From Octopus vulgaris (taxonomy: Eukaryota), in NCBI GenBank assembly GCA_951406725.2, contig OX597835.1:5270001-5334000 (forward strand): a stretch of 64,000 bases of DNA, given 5' to 3'. The notes under the pieces were generated by a model. It was given only the letters and a program-made list of their open reading frames with translations, did no database searches and was not told where the DNA came from. The position numbers were made by a program, and so were the translations under genes. Within the stretch, counting starts at the first letter, position 1. Every line of letters starts with the position of its first letter. This document shows, piece after piece, positions 1-11,690 of the stretch.

Positions 1-124
1 TAGCTTCCTTACCAACCACATGGTTCTGGGTTCAGTCCCACTGTGTGGCACCTTGGGGAAGGGTCTTCAACTATAGCCTCGGGCCGACCAAAACCTTGGT
101 ACACGGAAACTGAAAGAAGCCCGT

Positions 125-159
<35 letters not shown>

Positions 160-370
160 GTGTGTATATGTTTGTATGTCTGTGTTTGCCCCCCAACCTC
201 CAACATTGCTTGACAACCGATGCTGGTATGTTTACGTCCCCGTAACTTAGCGGTTCAGCAAAGGAAACTGATGGAATAAGTATTAGGCTTACAAAGAAGA
301 AGTCTTGGGGTCGATTTGCTCGACTAAAGGCGGTGCTCCAGCATGGCCACAGTCCAATGACTGAAACAAG
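1..370 (+). mobile_element. tRNA-derived SINE family A (head cut by window edge)
   Basis: Matches the ~410-bp repeat seen >15 times: tRNA-like head, central (TA)n/(TG)n, tail ...gactgaaacaagtaaaaga. Confidence 0.85.
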
Positions 371-682
371 GCAGCGAGCTGGCAGAATGGTTAGCAAGCT
401 GGGCGAAATGCTTAGCAGTATTTCGTCTGTCGCTACGTTCTGAGTTCAAATTCCGCCGAGGTCGACTTTGCCTTTCATCCCTTCACGTTGATAAAATGAG
501 TCCCAGTTCAGCACTGGAGTCGAATTAATTGACTTTCTCTGTCCCCCAAAATTTCTGGCCTTGTGCCAAATTTTGAAACCATTATTATTATTGCTGTTGT
601 TATATAAACATGTTTCAAAAGTTTCCTCCCCTTAACGTTAATTTCAATTTTGTTTTATTTTTTTCCTTTTTTCTTTTTGCAG

Positions 683-797
683 AGCTGCTGCCTTATAGAT
701 GGAATATTTTATTCAGATCGTGAAAAGAATCCATCGAACCCTGCCTGTGAGTTCTGTGTTTCAGCTACCAGTCGCTCCCAGTGGACAGTTGACACAG
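683..797 (+). CDS. Internal exon of a VWDE-like single-pass membrane protein (SCCLIDGIFYSDREKNPSNPACEFCVSATSRSQWTVDT)
   Basis: Polypyrimidine tract + cag acceptor ending at 682; gtaatt donor at 798; 115 nt open frame. C-x-I-D-G..Y....NP.NP.C..C.......W resembles the Cys motif of von Willebrand D/EGF-domain (VWDE) proteins (recalled). Upstream exons lie outside the window. Confidence 0.8.
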
Positions 798-1547
798 GTA
801 ATTTCCGTTTGACATACTAGTATAATAGTCGACTATATACCTGTATATGCATATCTACTTCTCTATCTATCTACATATTGGATCATTAGTAATATATTTA
901 ACAGAAAAGGTGTTTCTCTGTATGTCAGGACCCTAAGAAGGTACCTCAATTTAAGTACCTAATGCAATGGAATCGGAAATATGCCGTGCATGAGAAGACC
1001 CGGCAAGCCAAATGAGACCATAATCTCGTGGCCTATGCCAGGGGCGTTACCAGCCCACTTATGCATACCTTTTCTTTCTTTGAATACTAAAACTCTGCTT
1101 GCGAAGACCTGTTGAGGCAAGTGAAATCAAAATCAAATTCGATGAATGGCATCCGGATTTTATATAATAGATAAGACAAGTTATAAATAATGGTCATTAC
1201 ATATACCTTTATGGTAGTAAATTAGACTTACAGTTGTTTCCAGTAGCCATTATGGGTTCGTTCATTGATCAGTTGAGAAAAATTTAACGACCTTATAGAA
1301 TTGACATTATTCTCTTTGGAGTCAGAGCATTCTGATGAAAAGCAAAGCAGAACAAAGAATAAATGAACAATACGGACATGGCAAAGGAAGTGAAAATATA
1401 TATAGACAAGTACACACATACAAGTATACAGAGAAACATATATGAATTTGTGTTGCAAGATTCCTGATGTTGAAACAGTGTTGAAACAAATATTGTTATA
1501 TTTCAAGACAATAATTTTCTTTCTTTTTCCAAATAAACACATGAACT

Positions 1548-1756
1548 ATATATTCATTCTTCCCTCATTTATTAACTGTTCTTATTCTATCTTATGTCCA
1601 TTGCCTGGAAATCTTTTGTCCCACATTTGAGACCTCTTCAGCAACCTGTACCGTCCACGTGTAACCTGGAGAGGTCACAGATGTGTGACGAAAGATTTCC
1701 AGACAATGGTCATAAGCTAAAATAAAAACAATAATAAATAAGTGAAGAACAAATAT
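1548..1756. mobile_element. Inverted pair of Penelope-like pLTR fragments, each with a degenerate hammerhead core
   Basis: Arms ~1548-1641 and 1666-1756 are reverse complements. Cores: CTGAAGA-ggtctca..tgggac-AAAA (- strand) and CTGGAGA-ggtcaca..tgtgac-GAAA (+ strand). Confidence 0.55.
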
Positions 1757-1929
1757 GCTGTCTCGGGTGACTCTCCAGACACAACAAAATTTGTTTCAAC
1801 ACACGAATTCACATAAAGAATCTTGCAAACCAAATACAAAAACAAAAACGTGTTTGACAAAAAAAAATAGAAGAAATAAATGACCATCCCAAAATATAAC
1901 AATATATATAGAGATATATGTTTGTATAT

Positions 1930-2295
1930 GGAAGCACTCCGTCGGTTACGACGACGAGGGTTCCGGTTGATCCGAATCAACGGAACAGCCTGCTCGTGAA
2001 ATTAACGTGTAAGTGGCTGAGCACTCCACAGACACGTGCACCCTTAACGTAGTTCTCGGGGATATTCAGCGTGACACAGAGAGTGACAAGGCCAGCCCTT
2101 TGAAATACAGGTACAACAGAAACAGGAAGTAAGAGTGAGAGAAAGTTGTGGTGAAAGAGTACAGCAGGGATCACCACCACCCCCTGCCGGAGCCTCATGG
2201 AGCTTTAGATGTTTTCGCTCAAACACTCACAACGCCCAGTCTGGGAATCATGACCGCGAGTCCGCTGCCCTAACCACTGGGCCATTGCGCCTCCA
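1930..2295 (-). mobile_element. tRNA(Arg)-like SINE family E, tail type 1
   Basis: Head tggaggcgcaatggcccagtggttagggcagcggactcgcgg shared with the copies at 26971-27282 and 29191-29469. Confidence 0.8.
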
Positions 2296-2406
2296 CTATG
2301 TTTGTATATACAAGTATATATACATACATTCCTATATGTATGTATATAAAGTTTTATCTTGTTTAAGATTTAATTCCATGTTTCTTTTCCTTTTTTTTTT
2401 CTGCAG

Positions 2407-2524
2407 AAAACAACAAATGTGATGCACCATCATCTGGTCAACAAACAATGATGATTGTCGGAATTGTTATCGGAGTTGCGCTCTTCGTTTTGACTGTGGT
2501 TCTCATTGCCTTCTTTATCAAATG
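2407..2524 (+). CDS. Transmembrane exon of the same gene (ENNKCDAPSSGQQTMMIVGIVIGVALFVLTVVLIAFFIKW)
   Basis: ttttctgcag acceptor, gtaaga donor, 118 nt, phase matches previous exon, ~24-residue hydrophobic helix. Confidence 0.85.
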
Positions 2525-2547
2525 GTAAGATTCACGTTTTTAATCAA

Positions 2548-2584
<37 letters not shown>

Positions 2585-3056
2585 AATTAAATTAGAGATA
2601 AAACCACTATTAGGCAAATCAAACAGTGAAAAACATAAACCAAAGCATAAAAATAAAAATAATTAATATAATATACAAAATATATAAAAAATATAAAATT
2701 TAAGATTTACATTTTTTAAATTTTAAATTATTAATTTATATTTATAAATTTTTATATTTAATATTTTATAAAATATATATATAGGCTCATACACTCACTA
2801 TCTCTCTCTCACACAGTCTCATGCACACTCTCTCCTAAACATAGTCCCTTCCTTACTCACACACATACATACACACACATGCACTTATGAACTATCTGAC
2901 ACATTCTCATCTCGCTCACACACTCTCTCCTACACACACACACACACACAGATGTTCTCACACAGACACACTGAAATCTACTCCCATTCATTAACACACA
3001 CATTCTCTCTCATACACACACAATTACACATATGCATACACGCTCACTCAAACACT

Positions 3057-3249
3057 CTCACTCAAACACTCTTCCTCCAACACAAACACTCTCACTCAAA
3101 CACCCTTCCTCCAACACAAACACGCTCACTCAAACACTCTTCCTCCAACACAAACACTCTCACTCAAACACTCTTCCTCCAACACAAACACTCTCACTCA
3201 AACACTCTTCCTCCAACACAAACACTCTCACTCAAACACTCTTCCTCCA
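3057..3249 (+). repeat. 34-bp minisatellite (~6 copies) ctcactcaaacactcttcctccaacacaaacact
   Basis: Direct periodicity of 34 bp. Confidence 0.9.
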
Positions 3250-3789
3250 CACATGCACAAACCCGCTCTCATATGCACACACTAACAGAGACACCACACA
3301 CACACACTCTCTCTCTCTCTCTTATACATGCACTCTTATACACACATGAATTCTTGCTAATGCATATTTTGTCGCAGACATTCTCACTGGCACACACATG
3401 TATGCACACTCACTCACAAACATGCATTCCCTCACACACACACACACACACAGCGTCTACATGTCTGTCCACATGCAACACAAAAAAAGGAATCCTCACA
3501 AACTGACATCTTCATTCGGCTGTGATATTCCAATTCCTGTTTGTTAAATGATGGGCCGTGCATTCCATGCCTCACACGGTTTCTTTTGCATAAACAGTAT
3601 TCATGAACCTTTTTACATTTGATCAAATAGAAGATTGACCAAATTTCTTATGTATACAGAGTAGAATCTTGATACCGGAAAGAGGTTCTCCAATTGGTTG
3701 GTTTGTTAGGGTGTTCTATGTTTTGTGTCCAATCCTGACATGCCCAAACAGAAAACACTCTGATAATCTCTTTTGTTTTCTTCCCACAG

Positions 3790-3868
3790 GAGGCAAAGAA
3801 AGAACAGAAAATTTTCAACAGAAAACAGAAGCATGATGTCTGAATCCCTTTATGCTTATCCCTCTTAA
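3790..3868 (+). CDS. Terminal coding exon: basic stop-transfer segment and short cytoplasmic tail (RQRKNRKFSTENRSMMSESLYAYPS*)
   Basis: ttcccacag acceptor; phase matches (TG|G = Trp); TAA at 3866-3868; AT-rich 3'UTR follows. Confidence 0.8.
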
Positions 3869-4332
3869 TAAAAGACATAATTGACCATCGTTATCAACCC
3901 ACATTATTTACATTCCAAGACAGACCACCACAACTATTTGTTATCTTACCTCCGTTTTTTTTACCCAATTTGTTTGTATTCTTTTTAATTAATTAATCTC
4001 AATTATAAAGTATCATTATTAAATCATTTTGTCTGCATTTTTTTTAATAATCTCTTTTCAATTAATAAATATATAATATTTTTTGTCTTAATCTAATTAC
4101 AATGTAAGAAGATGAGATTATGTACAAAAAACTAACACTGCCGCTGTAAATTTACTGAAATTATTATTGTAAGATATATGTATATGTAAATATACACATA
4201 CAGACACAATCACATCTATATATACACGTGTATACACACACATCTATATATATATATGCATGTGTATGCATTGTATTTATATATACATTTACGTAAATCA
4301 AGTTTGTAAAAAAGAAAAAAAATTATATATAT

Positions 4333-4342
4333 AATAAATAAA
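4333..4342 (+). terminator. Probable polyadenylation signal (overlapping AATAAA) of the + strand gene; alternatives at 3867 and 4064
   Basis: aataaataaa followed ~25 nt later by a T/GT-rich tract. Confidence 0.45.
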
Positions 4343-4439
4343 AGTTATTTTCATGATTAAATTTTACTTGTTTTCTTCATTTTGTCCACAAGATTTTAAC
4401 TATTCAAAGTAGTGTTGGAACTCTCGCAAAGAGATGCCG

Positions 4440-5166
4440 TTTAACAGCTCTCAGTTTTTATCTCTTCTTTTCCACATCTGTAAATTCCGTAAACACCAGC
4501 TTTCGTCACCAGTGATGACTTTTGAAAAAAAGTCTGGCTCAACTTCCAACTGTTCTTTCAGTTCACAACACGCATTCAGTCGTGACTGCTTTTGACGTTC
4601 CGTGAGCAAGCAAGGCACGAATTTTGCCTCAACTCTTTTCAATTGCAATTCCTCGCTCAGAATTCAATGCAGGACATACCAGTCACATCAACAAGTTTGT
4701 CAATTATTTGGTAACAGCCCTCCAAAATCAGTTCGTGTATTTTCATGATGCTTTCATTCGTCCGGGCAGTCAACGATTGTCCTGAATAAGGTTGGTCTTC
4801 AAGTGACAGGTGATCTTTCCTAAAGCGTGGAAACCACTTGTAAACTTGTTTTGCTCATGGTAGCATCTTTCTAAGCTGTTTGAAGCATGACAACTGTTTC
4901 AGCCACTGTTTTCCCCAGCAGGAAACAGAATTTCACAGAAGTACGCTGTTCCTTCATTTCAAAGATCACAAAAATTGATGGACAGGGGTGAAGCACTGCT
5001 AAACAAAGACACACTATGCAGCAGCAGTACAACTTCACTGGACACTGCCAGTCAGCTGACTGATGCCTGCGGATCGCATCAAGTGGCTTCTAGCGATGAG
5101 AGCCTGAACTACAACAGGCTTGTCCCACAGAATATGTTTCTAGTTACTTTTGGGTAACCCCTCATA
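4440..5166 (-). mobile_element. Mariner-family transposon relic (5' end and partial transposase)
   Basis: AKFVPCLLT...RLNAC.EL...FFSKVITGDESWC; TIR-like end tatgaggggttacccaaaagtaac ending in TA. Confidence 0.85.
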
Positions 5167-7337
5167 CGTATGTGCGTACATACATAAGTACATACATACA
5201 TGTGGACAGCTGTGCAAAGAAGTGCTGGTCTCTAATTGTGGAAGGAAACTGTGGCAGAGGTAAATGCAGGAGTCATGGTATGAAGTGGTGAAGCATGATC
5301 TTTAAATGTTGGGCCTCATGGAGGCAATGACAAGTGACTGAGACCTTTGGTGATATGCTATTGATTGGATGACTTAGTGTCAGGTTCTCAAGCCATAATG
5401 ATTGTAAAAGTATTATTGTATCATAAATTACGGAACTCAGGAAAGGTTTTTTTTTTTGTTTTGTAAAATTAAATTACTTAATTGTTTGTTCTTAAGTTGT
5501 TTATTCCACATCAAATTCGTGTTCTGACCTCAAAAACCATGCAAAGACATCACAAGACATTCTTGGTAATGGCTACTGATTTCGTTAAAAAATTGTATTT
5601 TGGCCGCCATATTGGAAAATCAAATTGCAAAATTAATTCTATTTTTGGATTCAGCGCATTAAAAAAAACCCATGCTAAGCTAAAATACTATATATTTAAA
5701 TCGATTAAATTAGTTTTTGGTACTATTTAAGAAGAGTGGTCCCGGTGCGCGCACTTGTGCATCCGCGTTAGCTAGTCGTGACTAGTTGATCCTACAACGA
5801 CTACCTAGCAAAGTAAATAAAACACAAAATAAATTATTTTTTCACCAAGTAAATAATTTTTTTAAACAAAGTAAATAAAATACAAAAACACAAAGTAAGG
5901 ATCGACTAGCTAGCGGGGATGCGCGACTACGCATTCTTAAGTAGTACCTTAGTTTTCACACCTATTTTGGCCGGGTTTCAAACTTCAAGGGGGTATGTAC
6001 AGTGGGATTAAAAAAATCGAAATCACAAAGAAGTTTATATCCCTGTTTTGTGACCCTAACAACTTTTCAGACGGTTCTCAAAGTGAAGCTCAAAACAATT
6101 AAAATAACAACCCCACTGCCTACTATAACGAAATGGGTGAAGAACCTTGCACTGCCTCTAGGGCCAGCGCTAAGACGTACAGGGCACAATTAGAGAATAG
6201 TCAGTGAGGCCCTCTAACCAACATAATTCGAAGATTGATGTTTTGTACTTCATGTAGTACGCCAGTCCCAGCCCAAAAGCGTTGAGGGCTTGAGGCTCCT
6301 CTGGCCACAATGAAATACTAAAACTTGAAAGTGTTAATGTTTTATTACAAGTCAAGCTACTTACCGACCTACTGTTTGTGAAAACTTCGTTTTTGTATCT
6401 GGTCTGCAAGATTCTTTATGTGAATTTGTGTGTTGAAGCAAATTAGGTTCTGTCTGGGGAGAGTCACATTGTCACAAGGCCTTATCTAACGCTCCCCCGA
6501 TCAGTTTCCACTCATTTATTAGTATATCTAGATTTTTTATATCTTTATTCTAATCTTTTTATATTCTTATTTATATTTTTTGATATTCTTTAAATATTTT
6601 AAAATATTTTTAATATTTTTTATTTATATTTAAAAAATATTTGATTTTTTAAAATATTTATTTTATCAGAAAATACAAGGAATGAGTGAAAATTGAACTG
6701 GTGAGGGAATTAGATAAGATATTAGGACAATATGACTCTCCCCAGATAACAACAGGTTTGTGAATAGACCTAAAAACGGTAAAAAAAAAAGACTGGCACT
6801 TTTACCTGAGAAGTCTTTCAAAATCATTTCAAAGTCAATGGTTCGCCAATGGTTTTAGTATTGTCATTTTCCAGAGACAGCATCGCCAAATTATTTTAGT
6901 CTCTCTTGTGAAACTGTTGTCTGTAGATATATTTTAATGAGGTTTTACTATTCAAAAACTTCTTTCATTTCCTGCAGTTGTGACGAGTGTTGATAGATAT
7001 ATAAATCCAAAACCCAAAAGAAACGGTGTCACTCAGGCGTGGCATCAACAACTTAATGGCCGATTACTTTGGATTAATTTTTAGTTTGCTTTTCAATTTC
7101 TAAAAATCCTTAAGAAATTGGCCAAAGATTTTTTAGAATGTGATCAGCAACGAGACGAATGCATTTGCATTTCTACGAAGAGGCGGCATTTTAAGAAAAT
7201 GTTGCACCATGTCATCATTGTGGTGGAAGCTCGAAGCATCATAAAGGAAACGGAGAAATTTTGCCAACTTGATGTTGTAAAACATACGGCTGCCAAATTT
7301 GTATGATCTACGTGCTAATTTAAATTATTATATTGTT

Positions 7338-7746
7338 GGCAATCTTTCGTCTCTAGTAGACCTTCCGTCGATTTCCGTAAAAAAAATTTTTTTTTACATA
7401 TGGGCTTGCGGGAACTTTTGAAGTAATGAGAGCGAAAGAGACCAAGAGAAAGCGATTGTATGACGAGGGAAGTTCTTTTGAAGTTACCGTGCATGAGAAG
7501 CATTGATGTAAATGTGTGTGTTTGATGGGGTGTGGGAGACAGACAGTATGTTGTGTAAGTGAAGTGCTTCTGTTAGTATGTGTGAAGAGACAGAGTAATG
7601 TGTGAAAGAAAGAGATAACTGAAATTTTTTACTCGGTGTATGTGTATATGTATGTATATTACTTCAAAAGTTCCCGCAAGCCCATATGTAAAAAAAAATT
7701 TTTTACGGAAATCAACGGAAAGGTCTACCAGAGACGAAAGATCGCC
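7338..7746. mobile_element. MITE with ~90-bp TIRs, GG...CC termini and 8-bp TSD (Merlin-like)
   Basis: TIRs 7338-7427 and 7658-7746; atattgtt duplicated at 7330-7337 and 7747-7754. Confidence 0.85.
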
Positions 7747-7821
7747 ATATTGTTTGTTCTTTGTTTTTGGTTATCATTTACTAAAACCTAAATGAAACAT
7801 GGTTTTATTAAAAGGCGAGTA

Positions 7822-8780
7822 AGAAGGTGAGCTGGCAGAATCGTTAGCATGCCGGACGAAATGCTAAGTGGTATTTCGACTGCCGCTACGTTCTGAGTTC
7901 GAATTCCACCGAGGTCGACTTTGCCATTCATCCTTTCGGGGTCGATTAAATAAGTACTAGTTGCACACTGGGGTCGATGTAATCGACTTAATCTTTTCCT
8001 CCAAACTTGAAGCCTTGTGCCTCCAGTAAGCTCGCCGGACAAAATGCTTAGCGGTATTTCGTCTGCTGCTACGTTCTGAGTTCGAATTCCGCCGAGGTTA
8101 ACTTTGCCCTTCATCCTTTCGGGGTCAATTAAATAAGTACTAGTTGCACACTGGGGTCGATGTAATCGACTTAATCCTTTCCTCCAAACTTGAAGCCTTG
8201 TGCCTCCAGTTAGCACGCCGGACGAAATGCTAAGCGGTATTTCGACTGCCGCTACGTTCTGAGTTCAAATTCCGCCGGGGTCGACTTTGCCTTTCATCCT
8301 TTCGGGGGTCGACTAAATAAGTACCAGTTACGCACTGGGGTCGATATAATCGACTTTATACGTTTGTCTGTCCTTGCCTTGTGCCTCTGTGTTTAGCCCC
8401 TTGTGGGTAGTAAAGAAATAGGTATTTCGATTGCTGCTACGTTCTGAGTTCTAATTCCACCGGGGTCGACTTTGCCTTTCATCCTTTCGGGGGTCGACTA
8501 AATAAGTACCAGTTACGCACTGGGGTCGATGTAATCGACTTAATCCGTTTGTCTGTCCTTGTTCATCCTCTCTGTGTTTAGCCCATTGTGGGTAGTAGTA
8601 AAGAAATAGGTATTTCGATTGCTGCTACGTTCTGAGTTCAAATTCCGCTGGGGTCAACTTTGTCTTTCATCATTTCAGGGCCCATTAAATAAGTACCAGT
8701 TACGCACTGGGGTCGATGTAATCGACTTAATCCCTTCCCCTAAATTTGAGGCCTTGTGCTTCCGGCAGAAAGGATTATTA
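7822..8780 (+). mobile_element. Head-to-tail 5-mer of SINE family B (Meta-domain-like core gcctttcatcctttcggggtcgat..aagtaccag)
   Basis: Five ~180-210 bp units with two alternative tails; single or short copies at 370-590, 10176-10357, 14275-14720(-), 17455-17660(-), 21339-21565, 35713-35950. Confidence 0.85.
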
Positions 8781-10929
8781 AAACAGTAAGAATTTTTAAA
8801 AACTATATTTACACTGTGTAGAAAAGAATTTATAAAAAATTTGTTAAACTTCAATCGCTCGATTTTCACTAAACCTCGGATTTTTTGCGTGGAATCAAGT
8901 ACTCTGACCTCCAAATATGTCACAAACACCCACCTTATTTTTGTTCGGAAAAAAATTCCGGAATCTTTGGAATTTTTTTTTTTTCTCTCATTGAATGAAT
9001 TATGGTGACCTCCTAATATGTCACAAAACCCATTTTTTTGGTTCGGAAAACGGGGTGAGGTGGGACCTCGGAAATTTCACCCCACCTCCATTGGGAAGTA
9101 CACCAGCGCGATTTTCACTAAAAAAAAAAAAAATCTCGGATTTTTTTGCGCGATATCAAGTACTCTGACCTAATGTGCCACAACCCACTACTTTTGTTCG
9201 GAAAAAAGGAGTGGATGGGAACCGGACTCCCCTCCCCCCCGCCCATCTTGGAAATTTTTTTTCTTCGTTAAATCAATTACGATGACCTCTTAATATGTCA
9301 CAAAACACATTTTTGGTCCGGAAAACAGGGTGGCATGGGGTGAAATCCCCGGAAATTCCCCCCTCTCGATATTTTACAGAAATACGTTTTCCAGAGTGTC
9401 GTTATAAAATGTACAGAGAATGTGACGGAGATTAAGATAAAAGACCGCACCACCTTTGGTAATAGGTGTAAAACAACTTCCTCTAAACGAATGTGACAAA
9501 ATATATATATATAAGGACTTGTTGTTTATACCTAAAACATGGACTGCGAGAGCGCTCATTTTTTTGTCATATTCGTTTCGAGCAAGTTGTTTTACACCTA
9601 TTATACTATTTTTTTTGTTTGTTTTTGTGCCCTGGTCAAACCCTTTAGTTTGACCACGGATTTTTCCTTCGTCAGTGACGAATACGATTGAGATTAATCC
9701 AATGATTTGACAGCAAAAAAGTAAATAAGTACTTCGTCTACATATACACACACTCTCTTGCGTATATATATAAATATATATATTTCTTTGAATGGTGTAA
9801 CGCTTTAGTTTAACCGGAGTACTTACCTATACCCATAGAAAAGACAGCTGCAAAGTGAAGAGTACATTTAAGTACCCGAAATATATCCAAATAGAAATTC
9901 TATAACAAGCCTCAACGCACGTGTTAATCAGTCAGGAAACTCAGGTAGAATGGTTACCTGTCCCGAAGTAAATGGTAATAAATTTACTTCTAATATAAGG
10001 ATAAAATTAATTCGAATAAATTTTATCAGTGGCCAGCATATTAAAATACCTTTCAAGGTGAATATTATAAACAATTATAAATAAGGGCAAAAGAAAAAAT
10101 TCCTATGCCAATATGCTGAAAGATCGACTTTATATCGTCTCACCACATAGATTCACTCTGTTCCATTTTAGGTTTTGAATTCTGTCGTTACGTTCTGAGT
10201 TCAAATTCCGCCGAGGTCGACTTTGCCTTTCATCCTTTCGGAGTCGATAAATAAAGTACCAGTTTCCAACTGGGGTCGATGTAATCGACTTAATCCCTTT
10301 GTCTGTCCTTGTTTGTCCACTCTATGTTTAGCCTCTTGTGGGCAGTAAAGAAATATATTCCATTTTAGGTTTGATTTTATATATATATACGCAAGAGAGT
10401 GTATATATATGTAGACGAAGTACTTATTTACTTTTTGCTGTCAAATCATTGAATTAATCTCAACGGAATACATAATACAAACTTTTTTCTCGCTTTGGGT
10501 TTCATTTTTGTGTAAGTGGAGGGGAAAGAATAAAAGTTTTCTCTCTAGAATCAAGCGATTTAAAATAATTTTCTCTCAATTGTTGTTCTAACTTAACGCG
10601 GGGTCCAATTTGAACCAAGCTGTCTAATTGGTTTTAAACCGGCCCTCTTTGCCACTGCTCTGGTTTACCTTAAATCATGAAATTATTTCAGTGGTATTAC
10701 ACCATAAAGAGAGAACGGATGCCCACCTCATGTCATCGTTAATTTTCTCCTCTTTGCGGACCAAAGAACTCAAAGACAGACTTTGTTGCAGGACAATGTT
10801 GGAATCGTTCGAAGGGAGATAACTCTGTTTCTCTCAAAATGAGTTTTTTTTTCGTTTTAGGTTTTTTCACTTACTTTCTTTCACAACCAAATTAAACAAG
10901 ACAATATTTTATCTCCGTCAGTAGAGAAG

Positions 10930-11690
10930 CTGTGTGTTCTCATCCAGCACGTCTGAGTTACTTATATCGCCAAAATCCTTGGTTTCAATGGTTGCTCTAT
11001 GCGACTGTAGCTTTGAACTGGTTGATCACCTTCCTTTCAAACTTGAAATCTTCAAAGCCACAGTCGAACCAATTCTACTATATGGCTCAGAAACCTGGAC
11101 GTTATCAAAGAAGCTTGAGAGGCGGTTTGGATGGAACCTACACTCGCCTCCTTATGAGAGCTCAAAATCTCTCGTGGAAGCGTCATCCAACCAAAATGCA
11201 AATATATGGGAAACTACCACCTGTGTCATCTCTTGTGAAAGGTAGGAGAGTCCAGTTTGCTGGACATTGTTGTAGAGCTGAAAAAGAAGTAATTTCTACT
11301 CTTCTCCTCTGGAAGCCATCTACTCGCAATACCAGAGGGCGCACACTCTCCTACCCTGATGTAATCTCCAGGGATACAGGCATCCAGCAACAGGACCTCC
11401 GTAATGTCATGATGGACCGTGAAGTCTGGTGTAGCATGGTAAATTCCATTGTCTCGACCACGGTCGAACAATGATGATAATGACCTTCCTTTATTTTCCT
11501 GATTTGACCCCATCTGACTGTCATCTGTTCCCCCTACATGAACGAAAAAAAAAGTCATCCAGGAACCCGTATTGCAGTAATGACTTTTCTGACAAACAGG
11601 ATGAAAGTTTCTTGACCGACGGGATCTGAGCCCTGCAACACCGATGGAAGAAATGTGTGGACCATAAGGGGGGGATTATGATAAGAGTAT
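10930..11690 (+). mobile_element. Mariner transposase C-terminal relic, interrupted by the LINE
   Basis: FELVDHLP|..PDLTPSDCHLF.. and LQHRWKKCVDHKG are contiguous across the TSD. Confidence 0.7.
11038..11482 (+). mobile_element. 5'-truncated RTE-clade LINE (RT C-terminus, one frameshift, (TGA)n tail) nested in a mariner relic
   Basis: ILLYGSETWTL..LDGTYTRLL..FAGHC..MMDREVW; TSD accttccttt at 11028-11037 and 11483-11492. Confidence 0.88.
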
